NCBI GenBank assembly: GCA_008632985.1
Contig: QPGO01000050.1
Location: 372,001-436,000 of the forward strand
Direction of reading: 5' to 3'
DNA: 64,000 nucleotides
From: Psammoneis japonica
Lineage: Eukaryota
In this document: positions 25,803-37,605 of the stretch, one piece after another
Numbering within the stretch: position 1 is the stretch's first letter
Layout of the letters: every line of letters starts with the position of its first letter
The notes under the pieces: generated by a model
Database searches by the model: none
What the model saw: the letters and a program-made list of their open reading frames with translations, nothing else
What the model was told of the DNA's origin: nothing
Made by a program: the position numbers and the translations under genes

Positions 25803-26222
25803 AAGCTCCGTTTGTAATTGTAGTGTTCCTACTAGCGGGGACTTTTTCAGACTATGTACTGTCACAAGCTCTCTGTTTGGCTTTGCCTCTAGCGATCAAG
25901 TTACCAGTTTCAACTCTCCTTACCGCCGTTATGTTCGGGCACTCCGTTTGCAATTGAAGGCTTCCTACTAGCTAATAGCGGGCACTTTTTACGACTGCAT
26001 AGCTATCGAGTTAGGTAGTGTAGCAGCAAGCTCTGCCCTGGCATTCTCCTGCTTTGCCTACTAGTAGCTGCTACGTTAAAAAACGAATGCGCCTACCAAC
26101 ATTCTTTTTGGGCACTCCGTTTATAAATGTGGTCTTCCCACTTGCGTTGACGTTTTAAGACTACAGTATGTATTCGCGTAGCATTTCTTTTCTAAAGGAC
26201 TCATTTTGCTTTGCCTAGCTTC
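25803..26222. repeat. Three degenerate ~135-170 bp tandem units between convergent genes
   Basis: ctccgttt..aa.tg at ~25806, 25942, 26115; gctttgcct(a/c) at ~25880, 26051, 26208. Confidence 0.6.
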
Positions 26223-26243
26223 TAAGTTTTCATAACAAAGCTA

Positions 26244-27188
26244 TTACCGTCCTTTTGTACGGGCATTGCTCTTCATCATGTACTTGCCCTTTTCGTACGG
26301 CCCATTGACTTCTTCCCACGCCTCGCATTCATCGCTAAATTCATTCATTTCACAGGGAGAAATCTCACCGTATTGCTGCCCACCGGGAAAACTCACAATC
26401 CTTAAACTGTCAAACTTGAGTGGGCTGATTCCCCGATCAAACTGAGACACATCCTGTTGAGGAGAACAAAGAAAGATACAATGATGGTGAATGACGAGGA
26501 GTACGCGCAAAATACTATTTGACTTTCGTATCGTTCGTCAACACGTACAATTTCCATTGGAATAGCGGCGACGAATTCAAATTCTGCGCTCTTGTCTTTG
26601 GTTGTAATGCTCGGAATGATTGCAAATTGTCCAGCGTCCGTGTTCAAGTCGGGATTGTTTGCCAAGACACTCTCGCCGGAAACAGCGTCGGTGACAAAGC
26701 CATAAACGCCCACCTTGTCTAGATCCTGTGGCGAGTGACGAAAACATATGAGAGGATGAATCAGCTTCAGTACAAGATCAAGATTGGAATCACACTCACT
26801 TTCTCAAGTGGCTCGGCCAGATCAACTTTGACCGTGACACACAAACCGCGCATTCCCTTCATTGCTTTTTCTCCAGGAATCGGTTTGGAAGGAGGACAAG
26901 GCGCGGCAGAGTATTCGGGATTTAGCAAATCGACCTTGATTGGACCAAGTGCCTGTGCACGCTGCAAAGGAAATGCTGATGCAAGCGTGGTTGCTGCCAC
27001 GCTGGCTGTAGTTTTGACGAACAAGTCACGACGGGAAAACGAGGAAGAATCTTGTCGTGGTTCTTGCATCATTTTCAACACGGCTGCTCTCTTATCTGTC
27101 ACGCCCCAACAAGCTCCAGGTTGAAATGCATTCACGGGGGGGTTGTCCATGATGATACAATTGCAAACGCAAACACCAAGGCCATCAT
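26244..27188 (-). CDS. Plastid (thylakoid-lumen-type) hypothetical protein, 3 exons; homopolymer frameshift near 27140
   Basis: Signal peptide ending VNA-FQP, twin-arginine SRRDLF, AQA cleavage site; exons joined by GT-AG introns (~26726-26799, ~26454-26552). Confidence 0.75.
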
Positions 27189-29663
27189 CTTTGCTTTTTC
27201 AACTCAATTTGTGAGGATCAAAACGAGACTCAGCACTCTTGCTGTTGGATCTGAACAAAGTCTTCTTTGTTCAAGGTTCAAGCGGAGAAAACAAATACAA
27301 GATAGGAAGCCTCCTTCTATCTCCGTTCGTCGTCTCTATCGCGTCTCTTTATCTTCAATCTGATGATGTGTCGTGTCAGGCTGATCGTGTGCGATGGCTG
27401 GTGCAGTGTGCAGTGTGCGGGGGGCGGCGGGGGCGGACGAATCTTTTGTTTTGATGCGCGCGACGTCGATGACGTGTAAGATTTTCTACGACGACGACTC
27501 ATAACCATTTTTTATCAACGGCCTGATTGCATGATGAGACGCTGAGAGATGGAGATCGTTGAGAAAGCACAAGGTATGATGGCAAAGAGCAAAGAGAAGT
27601 GCTGAACTGGCAGGCTCTCTCTTGTAATGTCGATCAGAAAAATGGTTCATTACGACCGGTGGCATTTCCACCTTCTTGCCGCACACACACATGATTTGAA
27701 AAAGGCGGTGACGAATCTTGTCAAGCGCCACGATGTGGGCATTCCCGCTGCATCCAAGAAATTGTGCAATGCATTCCTAGAATCTCCTGCACAAAATAAG
27801 AGCTGAAACACTGATCAATGGCATTCATCAGAGCACGCAAAATGCAGTGACATCATCACACATCTTTTCCATTGTGACTTTTGTTCCTTTCACAGACAAC
27901 TTTTTTCAGCTTCAAACCTTGTCAGTTGTGCAGCTGGCAATGACATGTCAACTGTGATAGATTGACATTTTTGTGCTGTGGGATCAGACCCCCCCCTCCC
28001 CACAAATTGCACTGTTCAAACAAGGTTTGTGCAAAAAGAGGTTCTCTCATTGGTTTTTGACACATTCGCCAACAACACATCTGTCTTCTCCAATTTCCAT
28101 GTCCAGATCCAGAAAGACTGCAGGCGGTGCTTGTTCCTGCAGCTCTCAGAATCACACACATGAAAAGTTCTTTGCCATGGCGGGCCTGTGTGACACTCTT
28201 CAAAAAAGGCATGCACAGAAACAGCTTCACTTGTTTTTGATGTGTTCACTTGTGTTTTGCACCCATCTTCTCCAATTTCTACATCCAGATCCAGAAAGAC
28301 TGCAGGGCAGAGAGTGGGGGAGGCAACCCATTGGAGGTTGCCTGAGTTGTTGGGCTCATTTTTAAAGGCTTCCCAAGTCTCCCGCTGTTTGTGGACCATG
28401 CTCCAAACATGTCATCTCGATGAACCGTCCGCAGCATGGGAGGTGTGGGGCGAAGCAAAGATGCAACCTTGCTTTCCGTGTTCAGTGCAACCCCAATTTG
28501 CTCTGACAAAGTGCTCCACAATTGCTCATGCATTGCAGGCTGCAGAAATCAGGAGGCAAAAAGAGTTGCCTCCAGATGCTTCTCCCCATCATGATGACAA
28601 CTTGGCAAGAACAGCGATGTTGGTTGATTCACAATCTCTGACCTGCTGAGCATTGCACAATTCTCAGCGCCACTGCCGGTGGCACAGATGCATCAAAGTT
28701 GTTCCCACTCAAGACCTGAACACTCTTGCAAATCTCCATGCTCTCACAGTCATGACATTGTGCGTGCATGACCATCGCCTGCAAAGATCAGAAAGACCAA
28801 ACAAACAACAAGTGCAAGCCGACACCAACAACAAGAAACCAAGTGGACCAAACCAAGGACACCAAGAGCAAACCAGCAATGGGTGACAACAAGGAACAAA
28901 TCTGTGAGTGCTTGAAACAAAAGCAGAGGCTTGCCATGCTTTGTGGCCGATGCTGCTGCAAACCTGGAAACCAAACAAGAGTGACAAGCACAACAAGAGG
29001 AAGAGCGACAGCAAGAAGGACAAAGATGAGACATCAGCTTCCCACAAGAAATGTTGTCGTCACCCCAACAGCATGATGGCAATTGACATGGAGACCCTCA
29101 CCACCGCCCTCATCACAGTGGCGGTCATCACCTCTGCTGCCCGAGTGGAGAGGCCAAGGTCCTCCTCCTCCACACATGATGCCATGTCATGGAGGAAATC
29201 ATCACCGCTGGAGAGCAAGAGGAGGTCCGCCACCTCCCCACTGGAATGGAGAGGACATGGTCCACTGCCTCCTGATTGGCACTCCAATGCAGGGTGCAAG
29301 CACACACTGTCATGAAGGAGGAGGATGCCACAGTCAGTCCATGTCTTAAGCAGGAGTCATTCACGGTGGCACAGTTGCTCCAGGAGTTGGAGTTGCTCAT
29401 CATCATCATTGAGATCAAGGAGTGTGAGCAGCAGCAGAAGCATGAGCAAGTTATCAAGATTCACAAGTCACAGTTGCAGTCTGTCATGTTCTTGTGATGC
29501 ACACTGTCATTGACACGATGCAGTCCTTTGCACTCCAACATGCAAAGACAAGACCAACACCAACAGCGCCACAGACGATCGCACCAAGGACCAGCGCATT
29601 GTGCTTGCAGGGTCCTGTCACAGCTTGTGATGCAGAGCACATGTCAGATGACCTCCCCAACAA

Positions 29664-29846
29664 TGAGCAAACTTCTGCATCACAATTGCATCAGCAGCTG
29701 CAAGATTTGGGAGATTCGAATGACCATGATTGTTGACACCTCAAAGAAATTCTGCAACAGAAACCCAAACACTGTGGCTGTGGTCAATCGCAGCTTTTCC
29801 CACAATTTTTAGAAAGCATTTGTGGACAACTTGTCAAGACTGTTCA
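29664..29846 (+). repeat. 5' LTR (183 bp)
   Basis: Aligns end to end with 35791-35976. Confidence 0.9.
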
Positions 29847-30979
29847 CTGTGATCACACTGTGTCTTGTTCTTCCTTCTCTTTTCTTTGCTGTGCATTCTT
29901 TGCTTCAAATGCAATGTTGCATTTGGCGAGAGCCTCACTGAGAGCACTGTGCTTTGTGTGCAAACCAACCTTCAAGCACAGAGATTTGGACAAAGTGAAA
30001 CTTGTGCAGAGCTGTGGCGATGGCACTGCATTCCATGCAAGCACCTGTGGGATTGTCCCGTGTGAGAGTGTGGTGGCATGCCAACCTCTTTGGGCACTTT
30101 GGGACATTGGACAGTTGCGCCAATGACAAAGAAACCAAAAGGCATTGGAGGGGATGCTCTGTTGTGTCTGCATTCGGGGGGGCAGCTCTGCCATGGTGTT
30201 GCATCTCTTTGCATTTTCTTTCCATGTGTCAGCATGTTTTCTACGTTAATTTCCACGCAATTCAGCAATTTCCAAGTCAGTTGTTTCAGCACAAATTCCA
30301 TGTGTGCAATTCTGCGCGTTTGGCCAGAATTTTGAGTTAAGACCATTTCAAGTTTCATCCTTTGTTTTTCTCATCAACGTTCTTCCTCCAAGTTTTCTTT
30401 GCAGCGCAATTCAATGTCATGATCAACACTTCACGGTGCTTCAAAGTGGGTCTTCACAAGTCTTTCAAGTGGCCAGCATTTCCAGGTCTGAGTGTTTGCT
30501 CTTTTTGCACTTCGATGCTGCAGCTTCAGCACACAACTCCTTCGCAATTCTACGCATGATGGTGTTTTCCGCAATCATCATTTCCTTTCATCGTTGGGGT
30601 CCATGTTGGACTTCCTGGATGGTTTCATGCCAGGAATTTCATTCACATTCTCTTTGAGCAAATTGTCTTCGGAGATGGACACGTGTTCCAGTTTTCTGCA
30701 GTGTTCATTTTGGTGTCTCCCAAGTGGTGTGGCTGGGCTTGTCCATTCTTTGAGGCACAGCAACTGTGTTGCCGTGTGACAAGCATCCGGTCGGTGCTGT
30801 TCTGACTTAAAAGAAACAGCTTCTTTCTGATGGTGCATTAACAGCATTGCCTTCAGACAACATGTTAATGGCGCTGTCTTTCTGACAACATTTGACGGTG
30901 TTTAAATTGCCCCTGCTGCCCTTTGTGGGCACTGGGGAGTGCGGGTCTGCCATGGTTGGTGTTGGTGTGGGCGGCAGTG

Positions 30980-32050
30980 AGGCAGCAGCAAAAGAGATTT
31001 CGTTTTTTTTCTTGTGACAATGGCACTAAGAAACAGAAGATGTGCCCTCAGTTCACTGGCAAGTGCAGTGTTGAGTGCTTGCTCCACACTGCAGAGTGCT
31101 TTGAGAACTGCGCCAAGCATTTGGATCATGATGAAGGGCCCAAAAATTCACCCATTTTGAAGAAGTGCCAGAAGACAATGCTCAAGACACACGGAGCAAT
31201 TTGGTTTCAGGTGTCGTGGAAGCAGATCGGACGATGGCCAGGTTTGATGCAGAAATCGCATGCTTCTGTCAGCGACACTGCGATCATCAAGCACATGATG
31301 CAATGTTTGAATTTTTGAAAAACTTCTTTAAACCCTTTGGTGATTCTCTTTGTGAGCATGCTGACAGGATGATTCAAATGTCACGTTGTGCTGACAAGCC
31401 ACCAGGAACTGAGCCTTTGCTCAATGAGCAGCAGATCAAGAAGAACAACACATTCACGGGCATGCCAATGATGTGGAAACAGAGTCACGCATGTGCTGGA
31501 AAGGACGTCAGCACTGATTCCTTGGAGGATGTCATTCAGCACATGTCCAATGAAAAAGGATTTGCAGATCAGAAGAGTTCTGGCAAGCCTGAAGATGAGC
31601 CCAAGAAGCACAAGGCCAGGGACATGGATCCTGCCAGGAACAAGAAGAAGTTTGGTCCTGATTCTTGTTGTCGATTGCACAAAGACTCTGCAGCACCTCA
31701 TTTGTGGCAAAGCTGCAGGGAGAATCCCAAGAGTCCCAACTGTGATCCAAAACCTCATTTTCAAAGAGGTGGCCAAGGTTTGCCAAGTGCAAGCCAAGAT
31801 GCAGGTCGTGGATGAGAGGTTGCAACCAACATCCAGGCCAAGGAAACTGTGGAGGCCAATTTTATGACCCTCAGAATGCCAGCTGCGCTGGACGTGGATG
31901 TGGCGATGGTGGATGTGCCCCTGACAACAGTTTTGGACGTGGCCAAGGTGGGCATGGCCGTGGATGCAACCAGAGCAGTTTGGGCTGAGGATGCGGTCTG
32001 CAAAATTTGCCTCAGAATTTTTGTGCGAATCAAAATCAAGTGCAGAGCAG
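30980..32050 (+). pseudogene. gag: Decayed gag
   Basis: Position upstream of the protease; zinc-knuckle-like CRLH...HLWQSCRENP followed by a Gly/Arg-rich tail; frameshifted. Confidence 0.6.
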
Positions 32051-32399
32051 CTCAGAAGAACCAAATGCTCACCTGGCTTGATGAGCTCCTCTGACTGACA
32101 CTCAGTCACAAGAGCAGGGTGCAGATGTGCACCACTTTGACATGGCATGCTGTGGTCTGCCAGGAGGTCCTGACGAGACGTCAGGAGGAACGGACATCAG
32201 ACGAGGTCCACATCCAAGAGGACCTGGATTGTGATCCAGTTTGGAGTGCCGCTCCAGTCCTGGTGTCAGCTTTGAAGTTGACAACACCATTGCTGTTGAT
32301 GTGGGGGTGCACCGGTTGAACATGATGAATCTTTGCATGATGCACATTTGTTGCATGAAAACAACAACACGGAAAATGAGAAAAATCAAGATGAGCCGA

Positions 32400-35300
32400 T
32401 GGGATTGAATTGTGATGGCATGCCAGTGCCAAAGGCAAAAGGCATGAGCCCCAACATGGCACCCACATCAGTCCTTGCATGCAAACAAATGAATGGAGCT
32501 CACTCTTCTTGCTTGTTGAGAGCATTGTTTGATTCAGGCAGTGTGGCTGCTCTTGTTCACGAATGGTGTTTGGCAAGTGGAGCTGCTCCAAGCCTGCTCA
32601 AGAAGACTGTGGGACCAATGAAAAGCAACAGAACAGTTGGTTTGGAGACAATTGTGCCACCTGAATTTGACAGATCAAGAAGCATTGATTTTCAAAAGGC
32701 TCTGGTCTTTCAAATGCTGTGCCGTTGCAATGACGTGATTCTTGGATGATCGGATTTTTTGACCAAGGCAGGAATTGACGTGAACTTCTCATCACAGACA
32801 GTCAAATGGTTGGACAAGTCCACATCTGTGAAGGAACTCACCTTTTGGGACAATGCAGAGAATGCTCATCATGCTCTTGCAGGTCCAGAAGTCGAAGAAG
32901 AAGAAACCAACAAGATCAAGTTCTGTTCATTCACCACGCAAATTCTGGATGCCAAGCATGAGTCAGTGTCTCCAAAAAAAGCAGCTGAGAGGCAAACACA
33001 TCTGTCAAGAGAGCAGCAACTGGAGTTGCAGCAAGTGCCAGCCAAGTTCCCAAAGGCATTTGATGGAAAATTGGGTCGGCACCCACATGGGTTGGTTCAC
33101 TTGCTGGAAATTGATCCCAACGTGATTCCGGTTCATCCTCGACCGCACTCAGTTCCAAAGATTCATGAAGATGTTTTCAAAAAGGAGCTCCAGTGTCTCA
33201 TTCAGACAGGAGCATTGAGGCCTTGTGGCCCCACCTGTTGGGCATCTCCTTTGTTCATCATTCCCAAAAAGGGTCAACGAGTGCAATGTGTGTCCAATTT
33301 TTGCATGCTCAACAAGGTGCAAAAAAGGCCAATCTGCCCTCCACCAAGAATTCAAGATGTTGTCAAGAAGAGGAAGGGACACAAGCATTTCACCAAGTTG
33401 GATCTGTCTGTGTTCTGTTGCACTTTGGAGCTGGATGAAGAATCCAAGGAACCATGTGCTGTTGTTGCTCCTTGTGGCAAGTTCCAATGTTTTCGACTCG
33501 TGATGGGTTTGAAGCCTGTGGCAGATGTTGCTCAAGCTGTCATTGAAGAAGTGTTGAGCGAGATTGATGTGGATTGTTTCATTGATGATGTTGGGCTCTT
33601 CTTGATGGTTTGGTCAGAGCATCTAGCAGCATTGAGTGCCACACTTCACTGACCAGAGCAAAACGGCTTGAAAGTGAATCCGCTCAAGCGCGAATGGGCC
33701 ATTCAGGAAACCGATTTTTTGGGACATTGGATGACTCCAGAAGGTGTCAAGCCTTGGAAAAAGAAAGCAGAGGCAGCACTCAAACTTGCTCCTCCTAAGA
33801 ATCACACACAACTCAGATCTTTCATTGGAGCCGTCACATGTTGTCGTGACATGTGGCCTCAGCGATCGCACGTTTTGGCATCATTGACAGATTTGACCGG
33901 AAAGCAACATTTTGAATGGACCCCAGCTTGTCAGAAAGCCTTTGAAGAGATCAAGGCCATTGTGGTGGGTGATGTGTTGCTTGCTTGCCCTGATCACAAC
34001 CTTCCTTTTCAGATTTGCACAGATGCAACCGATCATTGGCTTGGTGCCATCATCACACAGAACGGCAAGCTGATGGCGTGTTGGTCCCAAAAGCTCAGTG
34101 AAGCTCAGAGGAGGAACTGCTCTGCTGTGGAAAAAGATGTGCTTGCTGCAGTTCTTTGTTCCAAGGATTTCTGATCCATGTTGTTGGGAGCTGAAACAAC
34201 AGTCTGTGCGGATCACAAGAATTTGACCTTCAAGATGCTCAGTGCGCAACAAGTGCTTCATTTGCGCCTTTTTCTCAAAGAATTTGCACCCAAGTTTGAA
34301 TGTGTCAAGGACAAGGAGAACATTCCAGCTGATTTCTTTTTACAATTTCCTCACATGGAGAAAACCATGGAAGGGAAGAGTTCAAAGTGGAGTTGAAAGG
34401 CACCGCCATTGATTTTTCTGTTCTTCCGACTGCCATGGCTCCAGAAGACAGTCGCTTGAAGAAAATTTGGGTCCTGAATTGAACACCCCCCATTCTGCAC
34501 CATTCAAGATCAAAGAGTTGGTGGATTGCTTTTTGAATTGTCCAAGCTTAGAAGAGATGCAATGCCCTCTGAATTGTCCTGACACACAGAGGTTTCAGTT
34601 CGAAGATCATGAGCTGAGTCAAGAGCAACAGAGGAACCTGCTTTGTTTTCCAACTCAACACATCGGCAGAGCTCCGTTGATTTGTTGGAGACCTGATGCC
34701 AATGCACAAGAGAATGACCAGAGAATTGCTTTGCCAACAGCTTTGTTGGCACCTGCTGTCAGGTGGCGCCATCAAGTTTTAGGGCACTGTGGCATGCAGA
34801 AGCTCTGCTGCATGATTCGCAAGCATTGTTGCCATCCGTCGCTGCACCGATTGGTCGAGAATCATCACTGCAATGCGCACCAAAGGAACAAGCTCTGGGG
34901 AGCTAGATGCAGCTGCTTGCCACCAGGAGAAGCCCCCTCAGTTCCTTGGGATGAAGTCACCGTTGATTCAATTGGTTCTTGGAAAGCACAAGTGCAAGGA
35001 CAAGAAGTTGAGTTTAACGTGCTGACTGCAATTGACGCTGTTTCTAACCTTGTTGAATTGGCTCGCATTGACAACAAGACTTCAGATTGTGTGCAGACAA
35101 AGTTTGCCAACTGCTGGTTGGCAAGACATCCAAAACCAAATTGTTGCATTCCTGACAAAGGCGGTGAATTTGTTGGAGAACCATTTCAGATTCTGTTGGC
35201 AAGGGCTGGAATCAAGGGTGTGGAGACTGCCGCTGGAAATCCTCAAGCCAACGCCATTTTTGAAAGAATGCATCAGACTGCTGGCAACATTGTTGGAGCT

Positions 35301-35798
35301 GCAGTTGGAGAACATCCTTCTTGCAATGTGATGGAAGTTCAACAGATTGTTGACAGTGCCTTGGCTGCAACCATGCATGGTCTGCGGTGCGCCCCTTCAA
35401 GAGTCTTGGGAATTTCACCAGGAGCTCTCATCTGCCAGAGAGACATGTTTCTTGATTTGCCACTTGTTGCAGATTCAATTGCCATCCGGGATCATCAACA
35501 AGCATTGATTGATGACAACTTGCATCGGCAAAATCTCAAAAGATGCTTTTTTGACTGTCGTGTTGGGCAGCAAATTTTGATCAAGACAGATGATCCTGCC
35601 AAGTTGGAAGAAAGATCTTTTGGTCCATTTCCCATCACACAGATTCGTGTGAATGGGAATGTTGTTGCTGAGCAGAGAGCACCTTGTGTGTTTGAAAGGA
35701 TCAACATTTGGCGCATTTTGCCGCATCGACTTTGGCATGATTGGGTGGATTGCGATTCAAAGCATTTGCGTGAATCGTGGAAGGAAAGAGTGAAGTGA
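32400..35798 (+). pseudogene. pol: Decayed pol (protease, RT, RNase H, integrase)
   Basis: ALFDSGS (PR); WASPLFIIPKK, FTKLDLS, CFIDDV (RT); CTDATD..LGA, DHKNLT (RH); H..LGH, VD.IG.W, DKGGEF, NPQANAIFERMHQT (IN); in-frame TGA stops. Confidence 0.93.
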
Positions 35799-35976
35799 AC
35801 TTCCACATCATAATTGTGTCAGCAGCTGCAAGACTCAGGAGAGATTCAAATGACTGGGATTGTTGACACCTCGAAGAAACTCTGTGACAGAAACCCAAAC
35901 ACTCTGGCTGTGGTCAATCGCAGCTTTTCCCACAATTTTTAGAAAGTGTTCATGGACAACTTGTCAAGACCATTCA
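35791..35976 (+). repeat. 3' LTR (186 bp)
   Basis: Immediately follows the PPT; TG...CA; followed by gacaa. Confidence 0.9.
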
Positions 35977-37605
35977 GACAATGCGGCAGCAATGATTCAA
36001 AAGGCACAAATGTCACTTGTGCAAGTCAAAGCCTTGGGTGCCGCCAGCTCTGCTGCCGGCATGCCATCTGCAGCCGTGTTGTCTGTTGCCAAGGCTGCCA
36101 TGAATGGTGCTCTTGGATTGCCCACGCCATTGAATCTGGCTGCCGTTGTCCCTGCTGCTGCTGCTCTGACGCTGTTGCCAGTGTGCCAATTGCAACACCT
36201 GTGACCTGTCGGCAGCTGTCTCAAGCATGCCTTTTGCCACTCCTGCAAGTGCAGCCGCACTGGAACTGGCAGCAAGGATGCCAAAATGGCTCCAGGTGCT
36301 TCGTCAATGCATTTGCTTGTTCGCAACATGTTCAAGAAATACGAAGAAACCGAAGCTGGTTGGGAAGAAGAGATTTGCTTGGACTTTGAAGAAGAGTGCA
36401 GAATTGTGGCAAAATGGGTCATGTCAAACGAGCCGGGTGGTGAGATTTTACAAATTTCACTGCATTGATGGAGCCATTGCTGGTCGATGGTTTGACAAGC
36501 GGCAGTTGCAGGCAGAGTGTGTTTTGGAGCAAGACTTGCCCAAGAACAGCAAGGTCGAAAAGGAAGAAGATGCCCATGCACCAGTGGGCCAGATTGTGCA
36601 GAGGACGTGAAGGAGGAGAATTGCGATGCCTCACCCATGGGTGAGGTCATCAAGACAGAGGACAGTGATTCTGTGGACAAAGCTGTCAAGACGGTGAGCG
36701 ATGCTTCATCTGGAGCTGTCGTAAAGGAGGGAGATGACGAATCTCCAGCGACTGCAGTAAGGAAGGTCGACGACTACGTCAAAAAGGAGGAGCGAAAAGC
36801 TGCGTGGACATGTCGTTTTCTTTTTGTTTCATCACGGCAGGGAGGAAACAATGGAAATGGTGACATTAGCAAGGGGAGAACGCGTGGCTCGACAAGTTGT
36901 TGATTGAAGAAGACATCAAGGAGAGTCGCGCAAGAAGGACTTGCTTTGTCAACCAACGTTGTGGATTTGCATGAAAGAGTCAAGTGTTTCACACCCATGT
37001 GCATTTTTTGTTTTAGATTTGTGCAGAGCGATGTTTGGACGGTGTGTTCAAAGCGTCAACGGGTTTATTCCTTTTAACGCTTCCCCGGCTACGGCACATG
37101 ACGTTGTAAAGGCGTTTGCAAAAGTAGATGAATGACACTGCCAGTCTGTTGTTCCGCGTTTGAGAATACGGCGTCGCTGACATCAGTAGCGTTGAGTGGA
37201 TCACTGGTCGTCAATGCCATCACACTATGGAATGGGCATGGAAATCGTTTCAAATCGACGACAATGTTGTCTTCGAGGTGAAGCCTCTCCAGCCAGCTGC
37301 ATTTGGCATTGTCCATGCCCCCAGCATTAGGCTGTGATTGAACAAGCCTACCGATCCGACAAAAGTCGCCAAAGCGCTGGTTCGTAAGTGCGGGTTGAAC
37401 CAGTTGACAAACTTATGTCGGATGAAGGAATGCCTGTGAGTGGTGGAAAGAAGGAACGCAAAACAGGCACAGTTGGGGACAAGGCGGAGGATGGGCGTTA
37501 CAGGACATTAATTATAAATTAATTAATAAATTATTAGCTTGTTCTAATTCAGATTGCAAATTACCTAAAGCATGAGTTTCGCTTATCATGACCAGGATCA
37601 TACGC

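Larger units (their letters stand above)
29664..35976 (+). mobile_element. Full-length, inactivated Ty3/Gypsy LTR retrotransposon
   Basis: TG...CA LTRs at 29664-29846 and 35791-35976; polypurine tract ggaaggaaagag at 35779-35790; 5-bp TSD aacaa/gacaa; domain order gag-PR-RT-RH-IN. Confidence 0.95.
28879..36560 (+). pseudogene. RBM39: RBM39/CAPER-like splicing-factor pseudogene, internally deleted and split by the Gypsy insertion
   Basis: Left of the element: decayed RS domain (SRSHSRWHSCSRSWSCS) and TDDRTKDQRIVL (pre-RRM1). Right of it: LLVRNMF..EETEAGWEEEI.LDFEEEC and AGRWFDKRQL (UHM domain). The frame reads DDLP(D)NAAAMI across the target site. Confidence 0.75.
27730..36700. other. Hypermutated domain 2 (TpA/CpG-depleted), fading out to ~37400
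   Basis: Same dinucleotide signature as domain 1; contains the Gypsy element and the RBM39 relic. Confidence 0.92.

Noticed and set aside
28075..28310. ~45-bp direct repeat (28083 and 28266) as TE terminal repeats
   Set aside because: Looks like an internal duplication in a decayed coding sequence; no TSD or terminal structure seen.
32759..35798. Alternative genetic code or recoded active retroelement
   Set aside because: Tyr is replaced inconsistently by Cys or His, non-coding LTRs show the same bias, and stops and frameshifts are present.
29664..35976. ADAR/APOBEC editing during retrotransposition
   Set aside because: Both A>G and T>C occur on one strand, the LTRs diverged independently, and flanking non-TE DNA is equally affected.
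27730..36700. Classical fungal RIP
   Set aside because: RIP raises TpA and lowers CpA/TpG; the opposite is seen.
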